A model generated the notes under the pieces. It was not told the origin of the DNA, ran no database searches, and worked only from the letters and a program-made list of their open reading frames with translations. From Paraspadella gotoi (lineage: Eukaryota > Animalia > Chaetognatha), in NCBI GenBank assembly GCA_051294375.1, contig CM119269.1, positions 1,959,601 through 2,023,600 of the forward strand: DNA of 64,000 nucleotides, read 5' to 3'. Numbering within the stretch: position 1 is the first letter of the stretch; each line of letters begins with the position of its first letter. This document shows positions 53,606-64,000 of this stretch, piece after piece. Both the position numbers and the translations under genes were made by a program.

Positions 53606-54728
53606 AGAATAAAGGTAAAACTGCGGGAGGAAAGGGATGGGGGGGAGGATGCAGAAAGGGGAGGGTGTTTGAGGGGGAGTGGAAAGATTTTGGAGGAGAG
53701 TGAAAGAATGAAAGGCTGGGAGCGTGAAAAATGAGAGGGGCTAAAGGTGTGATGAAATAGTGTTGGGTAGTGATTGTGAAAGAAGATGGGAGGAAAAAAA
53801 CTTGGGGAATAGGAAAAGGAGATAAAAAGGCAAATGAAAATGAATTTGTAATGAAAAAGTTGCGCAGTTGAATTAAAATTAAAAATATGCGACTGAACTC
53901 GGAAAGATGGAAATATTAAATATAATATCTAAAGTAAAATGTGGCAATATACTGACAATAATATTTACCTTTTGCCTCACATAGACTGAGACGACAACAA
54001 CAATTGAGTAATAGACTTTCCCGTGAAAAATAAAACAGGAGGAGACGAAATTTTACGAGGAAATTTTTTTTAATATTTAAAGCGAGANNNNNNNNNNNNN
54101 NNNNNNNNNNNNNNNNNNNNNNNNNNNNNNNNNNNNNNNNNNNNNNNNNNNNNNNNNNNNNNNNNNNNNNNNNNNNNNNNNNNNNNNNNNNNNNNNNNNN
54201 NNNNNNNNNNNNNNNNNNNNNNNNNNNNNNNNNNNNNNNNNNNNNNNNNNNNNNNNNNNNNNNNNNNNNNNNNNNNNNNNNNNNNNNNNNNNNNNNNNNN
54301 NNNNNNNNNNNNNNNNNNNNNNNNNNNNNNNNNNNNNNNNNNNNNNNNNNNNNNNNNNNNNNNNNNNNNNNNNNNNNNNNNNNNNNNNNNNNNNNNNNNN
54401 NNNNNNNNNNNNNNNNNNNNNNNNNNNNNNNNNNNNNNNNNNNNNNNNNNNNNNNNNNNNNNNNNNNNNNNNNNNNNNNNNNNNNNNNNNNNNNNNNNNN
54501 NNNNNNNNNNNNNNNNNNNNNNNNNNNNNNNNNNNNNNNNNNNNNNNNNNNNNNNNNNNNNNNNNNNNNNNNNNNNNNNNNNNNNNNNNNNNNNNNNNNN
54601 NNNNNNNNNNNNNNNNNNNNNNNNNNNNNNNNNNNNNNNNNNNNNNNNNNNNNNNNNNNNNNNNNNNNNNNNNNNNNNNNNNNNNNNNNNNNNNNNNNNN
54701 NNNNNNNNNNNNNNNNNNNNNNNNNNNN

Positions 54729-54939
54729 TCGGCGATGACGGGATCTTCGGCTTCTCACAATCACCACCCTCATCTCCCACCCCACCCAACTCATCACCAC
54801 CTCCATCACCGCCCGCCCTTTGCCGGTTCCATCGCCGCCGGCGTTCCCTCGCCCAACTTACGCCATCCCCACGCTCTCGGCGTCGGCGCCGGTTCGCTTC
54901 CGGCGTCGCTGCCGGGTCAGAATTACTCTCCGTATCAAA
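54729..54939 (+). CDS. mef2: MEF2 His/Pro-rich exon, 5' end lost in an N gap: ...SAMTGSSASHNHHPHLPPHPTHHHLHHRPPF...PGQNYSPYQ
   Basis: Open GC-rich frame emerging from gap 54088-54728. Donor CAAA|gtgagt, phase 1, compatible with the next exon. Confidence 0.8.
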
Positions 54940-55887
54940 GTGAGTTGGTTTTTTTTTTCGTCATTAAAATTAAACATTTTTCTCTTTTTTTTCTTTTTTT
55001 TTTCCACCAAATTTTCGATATTTCCCGGTCAACGAATACCTTCCCTCATTTTACCAAATATTATCAATATTAATAAATAATGATTTTAAAAATTATTTAA
55101 AATAAAATTTAAATCAGAAAATTGAACAAAAAATATCCACATTCCGCTCGCTCAGTCATAACGCCTAGAGGTCCTCTTCCTCTTCCTCCTTCTCCTCCTC
55201 CTCCCCCTCCTCATCATCTTATCTCTCTTCTGTTTCTTCTCGATCTTCTCTTTCTTCTTCCTCTAATCTTTCCATTTCTTCCGCATTTATGTCTTCTGCT
55301 CCAATCATTTCGTCATCTTCCTTTGCTCCTACAAGGCTACAACCTCTCTCCTTTCTTCCACCGCTCCACTTAGCTCCTCTTCCTCCTTTCCTTCCCTCGC
55401 TCTTTTCTCACCTTCCTCCACTTCCTCCCCCCCTCCACGTTCGTCCTCTCTTCCCGGAGACTGATCGAGACGTTGGAATCTTTGAAAAAATCTTCCGCAT
55501 TGAGAAAGAGTTTCCCCTGCAGCTCCTCTTTCTCTCCTTCCCTCTCCGCGACTCCATCACCCCCAGGAAAGTGACCCGGTCCCGTCGGAAGTTCCGTGGT
55601 CGGTCTCGGCTTTCGAGGCCGACACAAGAGTCTCGGAAGCGAAGGAGGCGGCGTCTGTGGTGGCGCGAACTCAAATCAGCTTTTCTAGTTCGAAATTGTT
55701 GTTATTCGCTGTGCCGTTCCTGTTTGCAGTGGTTTGTTGTCAGGTTAAATTAGCCATAGATGAAAGTCAATGATGTGGCACTTTGTATTTTATCATCATT
55801 AATCTTGACTTATCTTTATCTACATTTTACAATCTCGAGTCATCTCAACTTCCTTGGCTTTTCTCGTCGTCGTCGTTTCCCCAGCCT

Positions 55888-56213
55888 CCCTCCCTCCCTC
55901 TTTTCTCGCTCTACCTCCACTTTTCTTCGTCATTACATCTTTTCTTTCCTCTCTAACCGAGTCCTTTTTCCCCTCCTTTTATTTCCTTTTCCTTCCTCCC
56001 TCTTTTCTCGCTCTACCTCCACTTTTCTTCGTCATCACACCTTTTCTTTCCTCTCTAACCGAGTCCTTTATCTCCTCCTTTATTTCCTTTTACTCCCTCC
56101 CTCTTTTCTCTCAATACCTCCACTTTTCTTCGTCATTACACCTTTCCTTTCCTCTCTAACTGAGTCCTTTATCCCCTCCTTTATTTCCTTTTACTCCCTC
56201 CCTCTTTTCTCTC
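55888..56213. repeat. Pyrimidine-rich tandem repeat, unit about 102 bp, about 3 copies
   Basis: cctccacttttcttcgtca..cac..tttcctctctaac.gagtcctt recurs near 55914, 56016 and 56117. Confidence 0.9.
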
Positions 56214-58007
56214 ATATTATATGATAGTGAACAAGTATTTTATAATTTTATATTGCTTAACAAATATATATATATTTATAAAAATTAAAATTACTAAATA
56301 AACGCTTCTTGTCATCTCCTCTTTTNNNNNNNNNNNNNNNNNNNNNNNNNNNNNNNNNNNNNNNNNNNNNNNNNNNNNNNNNNNNNNNNNNNNNNNNNNN
56401 NNNNNNNNNNNNNNNNNNNNNNNNNNNNNNNNNNNNNNNNNNNNNNNNNNNNNNNNNNNNNNNNNNNNNNNNNNNNNNNNNNNNNNNNNNNNNNNNNNNN
56501 NNNNNNNNNNNNNNNNNNNNNNNNNNNNNNNNNNNNNNNNNNNNNNNNNNNNNNNNNNNNNNNNNNNNNNNNNNNNNNNNNNNNNNNNNNNNNNNNNNNN
56601 NNNNNNNNNNNNNNNNNNNNNNNNNNNNNNNNNNNNNNNNNNNNNNNNNNNNNNNNNNNNNNNNNNNNNNNNNNNNNNNNNNNNNNNNNNNNNNNNNNNN
56701 NNNNNNNNNNNNNNNNNNNNNNNNNNNNNNNNNNNNNNNNNNNNNNNNNNNNNNNNNNNNNNNNNNNNNNNNNNNNNNNNNNNNNNNNNNNNNNNNNNNN
56801 NNNNNNNNNNNNNNNNNNNNNNNNNNNNNNNNNNNNNNNNNNNNNNNNNNNNNNNNNNNNNNNNNNNNNNNNNNNNNNNNNNNNNNNNNNNNNNNNNNNN
56901 NNNNNNNNNNNNNNNNNNNNNNNNNNNNNNNNNNNNNNNNNNNNNNNNNNNNNNNNNNNNNNNNNNNNNNNNNNNNNNNNNNNNNNNNNNNNNNNNNNNN
57001 NNNNNNNNNNNNNNNNNNNNNNNNNNNNNNNNNNNNNNNNNNNNNNNNNNNNNNNNNNNNNNNNNNNNNNNNNNNNNNNNNNNNNNNNNNNNNNNNNNNN
57101 NNNNNNNNNNNNNNNNNNNNNNNNNNNNNNNNNNNNNNNNNNNATATATATCTTATTATATTTAATATTTGTGAATTTATTTAATCTTTTAATATTTTTT
57201 TAGTTTTTTTAATTCTTTATTTATTTTTTTTAAATTATTTATATTTTTTTATTAGGATGGGAAAGTTAGTATTATATTCTGGAAATAAATGAAGCATCTA
57301 CACAATACAAGTTTAGTTTTCTTTTTGCTCTCGTTTATTTATAAATATCATACATCATTCCTATTATAAAATCATTAATTAGAAACCCATAATATCTAAA
57401 AGGCAGAAAAAAATAGGGGATAAGACAAAAAAGGTGCTTATTTACTACATATACCGCTATATGATTTATGACGCTAAACATAGAAATATATTCCCCTTAT
57501 TTTGGTTTACTTTCTCACAGTAGTGGGTTCGACCCTCGTCGTCCGCTCGAAATCGCGCTTCTGAGTGTCTTAACTCTTTTTCTTGCGACCTTCTTCAATC
57601 GAGGCTCCGAATGTTCGCTACGAGGCCGGGCTGCGGCGGGGCGGTGGCGGCGGTGGCGGCAGCGGCGGCGGGCGGCGACACCGGCCGAGGCCTTGGAGTT
57701 TCGCTGACTTCCGGTTAACCTTTGGCCCCAGAAAGCGACGGAGCGTGTGAAGCCGCGTCGCTAACGGATGCAGACTCTAGAGAGCAGAGATGGTGTAGTT
57801 CTGGTTGGGGAGTATGTCGACCTGGCTGTGGTGGATGGATTGTATTTTTATATAAGTGGCGATCGAGAAAAGCGATAGACTTTTAAAACTTTCTGGCGAA
57901 AACTGAAGTTAGATTCCTTGGCTTCAGGCCACTGAAGGGATTTTAAGTCTCGAAAAATTTTTCACATGACATTTTGAAATCTGGATGTATTCTTTTATTT
58001 GATTGAG

Positions 58008-58224
58008 ATAACAATTCCAGCAATCGTATTGTCATAACAATTCTAGCAATCGTATTGTAATCACAATTCCAGCAATCGTATTGCTAATTACAATTCCAGC
58101 AATCGTATTGCTCATAACAATTCCAGCAATCATATTGCTAATAACAATTCCAGCAATCGTATTGCTAATTACAATTCCAGCAATCGTATTGCTAATAACA
58201 ATTCCAGCAATCGTATTGCTATTA
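58008..58224. repeat. Minisatellite, 27-bp unit ataacaattccagcaatcgtattgcta, about 8 copies
   Basis: Directly visible tandem copies; explains the spurious SNTIAGIVI repeat ORF. Confidence 0.95.
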
Positions 58225-59447
58225 CCCGAATTACTACTTTTATTTTTCATACTTTTTTAATAATACATCATCTCCAAAAATCGTCTCATTTCTCCAATAT
58301 TATGACGCAGTTCGCATATTTCTTAATGGCACAGTTTCGACGACATTTGGATCGGATGCGCTTTGGCGCAATTTTGACGCCAACCCGGCTCCCTTTTGAC
58401 GCCATGTTGACGCGCCTTGACGCCATATTGACGCGCAACGTCGCCGCTCGTCGATTTCGCGCCGGCGTCTTCGCCTCGAGTCGAGATAAACGACTCATGA
58501 CGAGACAATAAAAGCGAGGGCTTTATTGGGGAGTAAGTTGGGGTGGGGGTGCAGGGTAGGTGGGGAAAAAGTGGTGAAAGGAAAGTTGGAAGCAGGGGGA
58601 GAGGTGTGAAAGAAATGGGAATATGGTGGTGGTGGGAGGAAGATGAGAGAGAAAGGTGAGAAATAAGGGGGAGAGGTGGAAAAGAGGTGGGAAAAAGATG
58701 GAAAAAAGATGCGAAAAAGTTTTTATAGAAAAAGAAAGAAAGAAAGAGGTGGGAAAGAAAAGGAATAGACATGGGAAGGATGTGGAGTAGGAGTAGGAGT
58801 GGAAACGGAACAGATGAGAGGAGCGAAAATGCCTCAAAAAGGAAAGAAGGAAGGTGGAAGAGGGTTGGTCTTTGAGATATTGTAATTTGAATCCTAAGTC
58901 TATTAGAAAAAATGCTATTTTCTTTGAACAAAAATGAAAGAGAAAGAAGTAACAGTGTGTTGGGTAAAAATTAAATAACATAGTATTAAAAAGAAGTTAG
59001 GATATTTTTGAGTTACTCCATCATTACTTCATTCAGTGCAACTTAGTAAAATTGCTCACGTCGGTCGGTCGGTCGTTTTCTTGTCGCCGCAATTATGTTT
59101 ATCTTGAAAGAGAAATTAAATTCGGTCAACCCTTGAAACGAGTGTGTCTCCACGTAAAAGACTTGAGACTCCATATCATCCGTTGGTCGCCATCTTTGAA
59201 ACGCCAGGGCGTCGTCTTCCGTCGCCAGCCATTTCGCGCTCTCCCTTGCGGGTCAAACTTTCCTCTCCCGTGACGCCGTCTCAGATGCGTCGCCACCTCT
59301 CTCGTCCCCGATCACGTGAGCCGATGAGAGACCGTGACCACCGATCACGTGATTTGGATGTGGTCATCCGGATCCGAGGAAGACGACGACAACGAAAGAC
59401 GACGACGATGATGGGCTCGCACTGCGTCGAATTGAAGGCGGTGACGA

Positions 59448-60419
59448 TGTATACTCGGTAGGTAAGGGTAACGGAAGATGTAGGAATTCCGTGGTCGGAG
59501 TGAAACTGATGGTCCGTGTACTCGGTAGGAAGGGTAACGGAGATGTAGGATTTTCCGTGGTCGGCATGTGAATACTGATGGTCTGTTGTACCGGTAGGAA
59601 GGGTAAACGGAGATGGGTAGGAATTTTTCCGTGTTCGATGTGAGAACTATGTCTGTGTAATCGGTAGGAAGAGGTAAAACGGAGATGTAGGAATTTTTTC
59701 CGTGGTCGATGTGAGAACTGATGGTCTGTGTACTCGGTAGGAAGGGTAACGGAAGATGGTAGGAATTTTTTCCCGTGGTCGGATGTGAAAAACTGATGTC
59801 TGTGTACTCGGTATGTAAGGGTACGGAAGATGTAGGAATTTTTCCGTGTCTGGATGTGAAACTGAATGGTCTGTGTACTCGGTAGGAAAGGGTAACGGAG
59901 ATGTAGGAATTTTCCCGGGTCGATTGAAACTGATGTCCTGTTAGTCGGTAGGAAGGGTAACGGAGATGTTGTAGGAATTTTCCTGGTCGGATCGTGAACT
60001 GATGTCTGTGTACTCGGTAGGAAGGTAACGGAGATGGTAGAATTTTTCAGTGTCGGGGATGAAACTGATGGTCTGTAGTACTCGGTAGAAGGTAACGGAA
60101 TGGTAGGAATTTTTCCGTGGTCGTGTGAAAACTGATGGTCTGTGTACTCGTAGGAAGGTAACGAGCTGGTAGGAATTTTTCCGTGTCGGATGTGAACTGA
60201 TGGTCTGTGTACTCGGTAGGAAGGGTAACGAGATGGTAGGAATTTTCCGTGGTCGGATGTGGAAACTGATGGTCTGTGTACCGGTAAGGAAGGGTAACGA
60301 GATGGTAGGAAATTTTTCCGTGGTCGGATGTGAAACATGATGGTCTGTGTACTCGGTAGGAAGGGTAACGGAGAATGGTAGAATTTTTCCGTGGTCGCAT
60401 GTGAAACTGATGGTCTGTG
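59448..60419. repeat. Minisatellite, unit about 70 bp (gtgtactcggtaggaagggtaacggagatggtaggaatttttccgtggtcggatgtgaaactgatggtct), about 14 copies
   Basis: Head-to-tail copies with no unique spacers; differences are mostly single-base indels. Confidence 0.95.
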
Positions 60420-61773
60420 CGATGGGGGGGGGGAAGAAAGGGGCGGCGTCGGAGGGGGGCATGGAAGAGTCTTGAAAGCGCTTGATTAGAGACGTCGTCG
60501 TCGTCGTCGTCGTCCGGGATTTATGTTTTCGAGAGATAAAAGCGGGAGAATCGGAGGCGGGCGAAGGAGAAAGAAGATGGTTTTATTGTCGCTTTTCACG
60601 ATCGGTGATTCGGTTCTTAATGTTGGGGTAGAAGTAGTATTGAAATGTTGTTTATGTTTATATTCTTGCTTATCTACGTTGTTTTATGATCTGCTTTTGT
60701 TTTCCGCTTCTTCCTTCAATTAAATCTTGTTTTCTTACTCTCTGTCAAGACGGCTTGCTCGCTGGGTGCCTTCATTCAATACTGCTTCTTATAATGGCTT
60801 CCTCTCTGGGTGCCTTTATTCTTTACTCTTTCTTATAGTTATATATATATAGTTATACATACTTTCTTCCCGCATTGCTTTCCTTCTCTCCTTCCAAGCT
60901 TTAATTTTGCCTTCATTGCTTGCCATTTTCCTTCATTGTTTTCTTTTTTAATTCATTTCTTTTTTATCTCTTTGTTCCTTCTTTCTTTCATCCTTCTTTC
61001 TTCCTTCCTTCCTCCCATCCCGGCTTTTTATTCGTCTTTCTTTCTCCTCTCCTCTTCCGGTTGACGACCTCGACCGGCCTATCGGACTTTTAATGGGTCC
61101 TGGTTGAGGGAATAGGTGGAGCAGCATCTGGTCCAGAGGATTGGTGGAGTAGGATCTGGTTTATGTTATTGGTGGAGTAACATATTGTGGACCAAAAAAA
61201 ATGAAATGTTACGAAAAATAACATTAAAAAAAATAAAGTGAACAAAACGAGAATGTTAAAAAAGAATGAAGTAGGGAAAAAGAAGCTGACCAAATGGAGC
61301 CAGGGAGAGAATGACTAAAGGGAAAGAATGGACTTAGTGGGGCAGGCGCGTCTCGGGGAATGACCACCATCGTCGCAGCACTTTGAGCGCGGAACTAATC
61401 TCGCCGCTTCTGGTCCGACGGTTGTAATAATGTCTGGACATTATCGTCTACTCTGTTTGGTATTTAGTCATTTGTTTTGGCGGGTGAAAATGGACACTTG
61501 GACAAAGGGGGATGGATTAAGGGGAGAGAGAGGTTGAGAGGGAGAGAGGGAGGAATTTAAGAGAGAGAGAGAGAGAGAGGGAAAAAGAGAAGGAGAGTAG
61601 AAAAGAATGGTGGTTGGAGGCGAAAAACAGGAGACGAAGCGAACGGAAGTCGTTTTTTATAAAGCTGTCTTATGATTGTTTTTAAATATACGTTACTATT
61701 ATCCTATAAATATTTAAGTATTGCAAAAAAAAAAGTCGACTAGACATGAGACAATCCACTCTCCCATTTTCAG

Positions 61774-61939
61774 ATCCATTTTCCCACCATCTCGGCGATG
61801 AATTCCCCCTGGGTTCATCCGAGCTCGCCCCCTTCGGAGGATTGTCATCGCCCAACTTCCTCTCGTGGGGTTCGTCATCCTCTTGTTCCTCTTCCTCTTC
61901 CTCCTCCGGGCATCACTCGGCCGCGCCCAACTCATCCAA
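61774..61939 (+). CDS. mef2: MEF2 exon (N)PFSHHLGDEFPLGSSELAPFGGLSSPNFLSWGSSS...APNSS
   Basis: EFPLGSSEL..F..LSSP...W resembles the conserved MEF2 (E/D)(F/Y)xLxSA(D/E)L region. Acceptor ccattttcag|, donor AA|gtaatt, phase 1-2. Confidence 0.88.
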
Positions 61940-62043
61940 GTAATTCCGCCGTTTAATAGCAATTGGTTATTATTATTTTAATTTGCGAGGGTTAATCGTT
62001 AAAAAGGTTAATTTTGATCACGTTGACGTTTTTATTGATGCAG

Positions 62044-62111
62044 TAATCCCGGAGGAAATGGCTCCTTGTCTCACCTCAGCGTCAACACTATGAATCCAAT
62101 CATGATATCAG
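62044..62111 (+). CDS. mef2: MEF2 exon (N)NPGGNGSLSHLSVNTMNPIMIS
   Basis: Acceptor ttattgatgcag|, donor CAG|gtacca, 68 nt. It converts phase 2 to phase 1, exactly bridging the flanking exons. Confidence 0.8.
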
Positions 62112-62286
62112 GTACCAACATCACATGTGAACAACATCACATGTGAACAACAGAACATGCAGCATAGATAATATATTTGTCTTGAAGCAACAACGTAAAC
62201 AAAAAAGCTTTGATCATTGATAGCGTTTAAAATGCTCCGATTCCATCTTAATTCTTTCTCACAAACCTCTTCTTTGTCACGCGCAG

Positions 62287-62427
62287 ACCGCGAGATCAAG
62301 AGCGAGCCGCTCTCTCCCTCGCGCGACCCAAACGCTTCACCGTTTTTGACCGGAAGATCCTCGCGAGCCCAAGAGTCTCGACCTTCGAACGCGGGGCCAT
62401 CGCCACTTGGGGACGCCCACGGGGCTG
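62287..62427 (+). CDS. mef2: MEF2 exon with phosphorylation-dependent SUMO motif, (D)REIKSEPLSPSRDPNASPF...DAHGA
   Basis: IKSEPLSP matches the conserved MEF2 psi-K-x-E-x-x-S-P motif. Acceptor cacgcgcag|, donor G|gtgagt, phase 1-1. Confidence 0.93.
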
Positions 62428-62811
62428 GTGAGTGCGGTTGGGGGCAGGAGCTCGGAGATGGAGCTGGTAAGAGATGAGATCGAAATGAGATCAAGTTTCT
62501 CGATCGACTTCTCACATTGTCGCTTTCATTTTCATTCGGATTTCTTAAAAGTTTTGTGAGATAATTGACCTAAGGTTTTATCGAGTTTTTAAATTTTCAT
62601 GATTGAATTAGAATTGTTGCCTTAAAAATAGAGTCGAAACATGTCCGTATACAAATAAATTCGTTGATGAAACAAAAATTTCAAACTTTTTCTAAATCTC
62701 TAAACTCAACGAAAAGAAAGGAATAATACAAAAATATCTTAAAAAGTATATAGCAATAAAAGTTGAGCCGTAGCGACTGAAGCTCGTTATATTCTAAAGT
62801 ATTCGTTCCAG

Positions 62812-63050
62812 GCATATCGCCCAGCGGCGCCTCCAGCGTCAGCTCTAACTCTAACTGCGGGGCGTCGCCATTGTCGAACGGACCATCGACAGCGCCGCTG
62901 AACGGAGCGGCGACCGGACCAGCGAACGGACCCATGAACGGACAACCGTTGGGGATGGCGATCGAGACTAGAAGCGACCACAACGACGACAACGAATCTG
63001 CGACGTCGACCTGCAAAAAACCGCGACTCATCGACAATTGGGCGAATTGA
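62812..63050 (+). CDS. mef2: MEF2 terminal exon (G)ISPSGASSVSSNSNCG...TSTCKKPRLIDNWAN*
   Basis: Acceptor ttcgttccag|, phase 1. KKPRLIDNW matches the MEF2 C-terminal KR.RL...W nuclear localisation motif; TGA at 63048-63050. Confidence 0.92.
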
Positions 63051-63338
63051 AGAAAAAAGAAGAAAAGAAAGAAAGAGCGCTGATGGTTTATAACGATATT
63101 TGAACGATTTAAACCGCATCGAGAGCGTACGCTATGAAAAAAAAGTCAATTTAATTGCCAAATTATTTCGCTGGTGCTATCATACTAATGATGGAGAGAT
63201 ATGTAGAAGTAAACATCAGTCACAATTTTTACAATTAAAAATTTGCAAATTTTGAAACATTTCTAAATTTCATTTTTTGATCAACTTGCTAAGAATTTCC
63301 AAGTAAGCATCGCATCTCTGTTTAATATCGAATCCTGT

Positions 63339-63345
63339 ACATTCC
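63339..63345 (+). promoter_or_regulatory. miR-1 seed match (ACATTCC, 7mer-m8) in the MEF2 3' UTR
   Basis: The sequence tacattcc is complementary to miR-1 nt 2-9 and lies about 290 nt after the stop, before the first AATAAA. Confidence 0.5.
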
Positions 63346-63445
63346 TGTCCATAAATTATATGATATCATTGCTCTACGGTTGGGCAGTGGGTACATAGGA
63401 GAAAATTCATCATTGTTTGTCACAACGCGTTAACGGGCTCATTTG

Positions 63446-63740
63446 AATAAAAGCTATTAAAAAGTGTAATTAAATAAATACTTTGATTTTTTTTTAGTTT
63501 CTACCCTTTTATTAAAGAATTAAAAAAAGAATTTGATCAAAAGGTTGTACCAATTACCATAATAATCAAAACTACTTTCAGTTCGTTGACGTCATATAAT
63601 TGAAATAAGGCCTTGTAAGCCTTTGACTTTTTTTAACTGGTAAGCGAGTGATAGCTTCTATGAAATATTTAAAAGTAATAACTATAAAATTAAATCCCAT
63701 TTCCGTTACAATAATTTATTAATATGGAGTTATTAATAAA
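63446..63740 (+). terminator. Candidate polyadenylation signals AATAAA at 63446, 63473 and 63735
   Basis: Canonical hexamers downstream of the stop, with a T-rich tract near 63487-63495. The background is AT-rich, so which one is used is unknown. Confidence 0.45.
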
Positions 63741-64000
63741 ATAGCTCTAAGAAGGTACAATTAGACGATTCCATTTATCAAATAGTTGCAACAACGTGAT
63801 AAAACATCTCATGTAAAAATCCATTATAGTTCCTCCTCCGGTTTTATGTCATTAATTAGCTTGCCGAGTTCGAATTGTTATATTCAATAATTGTCCTAGT
63901 CGGAAATCATTTATATATCATTCCTAACGGTTAATCGTTCCAAAGACACTCCTCTTTGTGTTAAAAGTCAATTATTACATGGATACTTCGATTTTTTTTG

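Noticed and set aside
57521-57720. Extra MEF2 exon after tttctcacag
   Set aside because: In the required phase it reaches TGA after about 14 codons and no clear donor follows.
59448-60419. CRISPR-like array, or repeat-protein ORF 59364-60338
   Set aside because: Units are contiguous with no unique spacers, there are no cas genes, the context is a eukaryotic intron, and indels shift the frame between units.

Overview
This is metazoan (probably invertebrate) genomic DNA from a gapped draft assembly, rich in (GA)n, (AAAG)n and (GAC)n microsatellites. Almost the whole window is one spliced plus-strand gene, MEF2. I can trace 11 coding exons: MADS/MEF2 box 12817-13020, then 49383-49541, 49714-49969, 52510-52580, 52670-52699, 52971-53051, <54729-54939, 61774-61939, 62044-62111, 62287-62427 and 62812-63050 (stop). 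Splice phases agree wherever both junctions are visible, except at 52510-52580, which needs an indel correction. The first coding exon (MGRKKIQI...) is not in clean sequence. Roughly 20 kb consists of insertion-rich duplicates of neighbouring sequence, including corrupted copies of three MEF2 exons. Most start at or soon after 25-N gaps and are best read as long-read gap-filling artefacts. I found no convincing novel multi-gene system. The leads worth testing are a miR-1 seed site in the 3' UTR, an intronic MEF2 site, a 30-nt microexon, (CT)n tracts acting as splice acceptors, a 19-bp-periodic E-box triplet, a micro-inversion between duplicate copies and a possible antisense exon.
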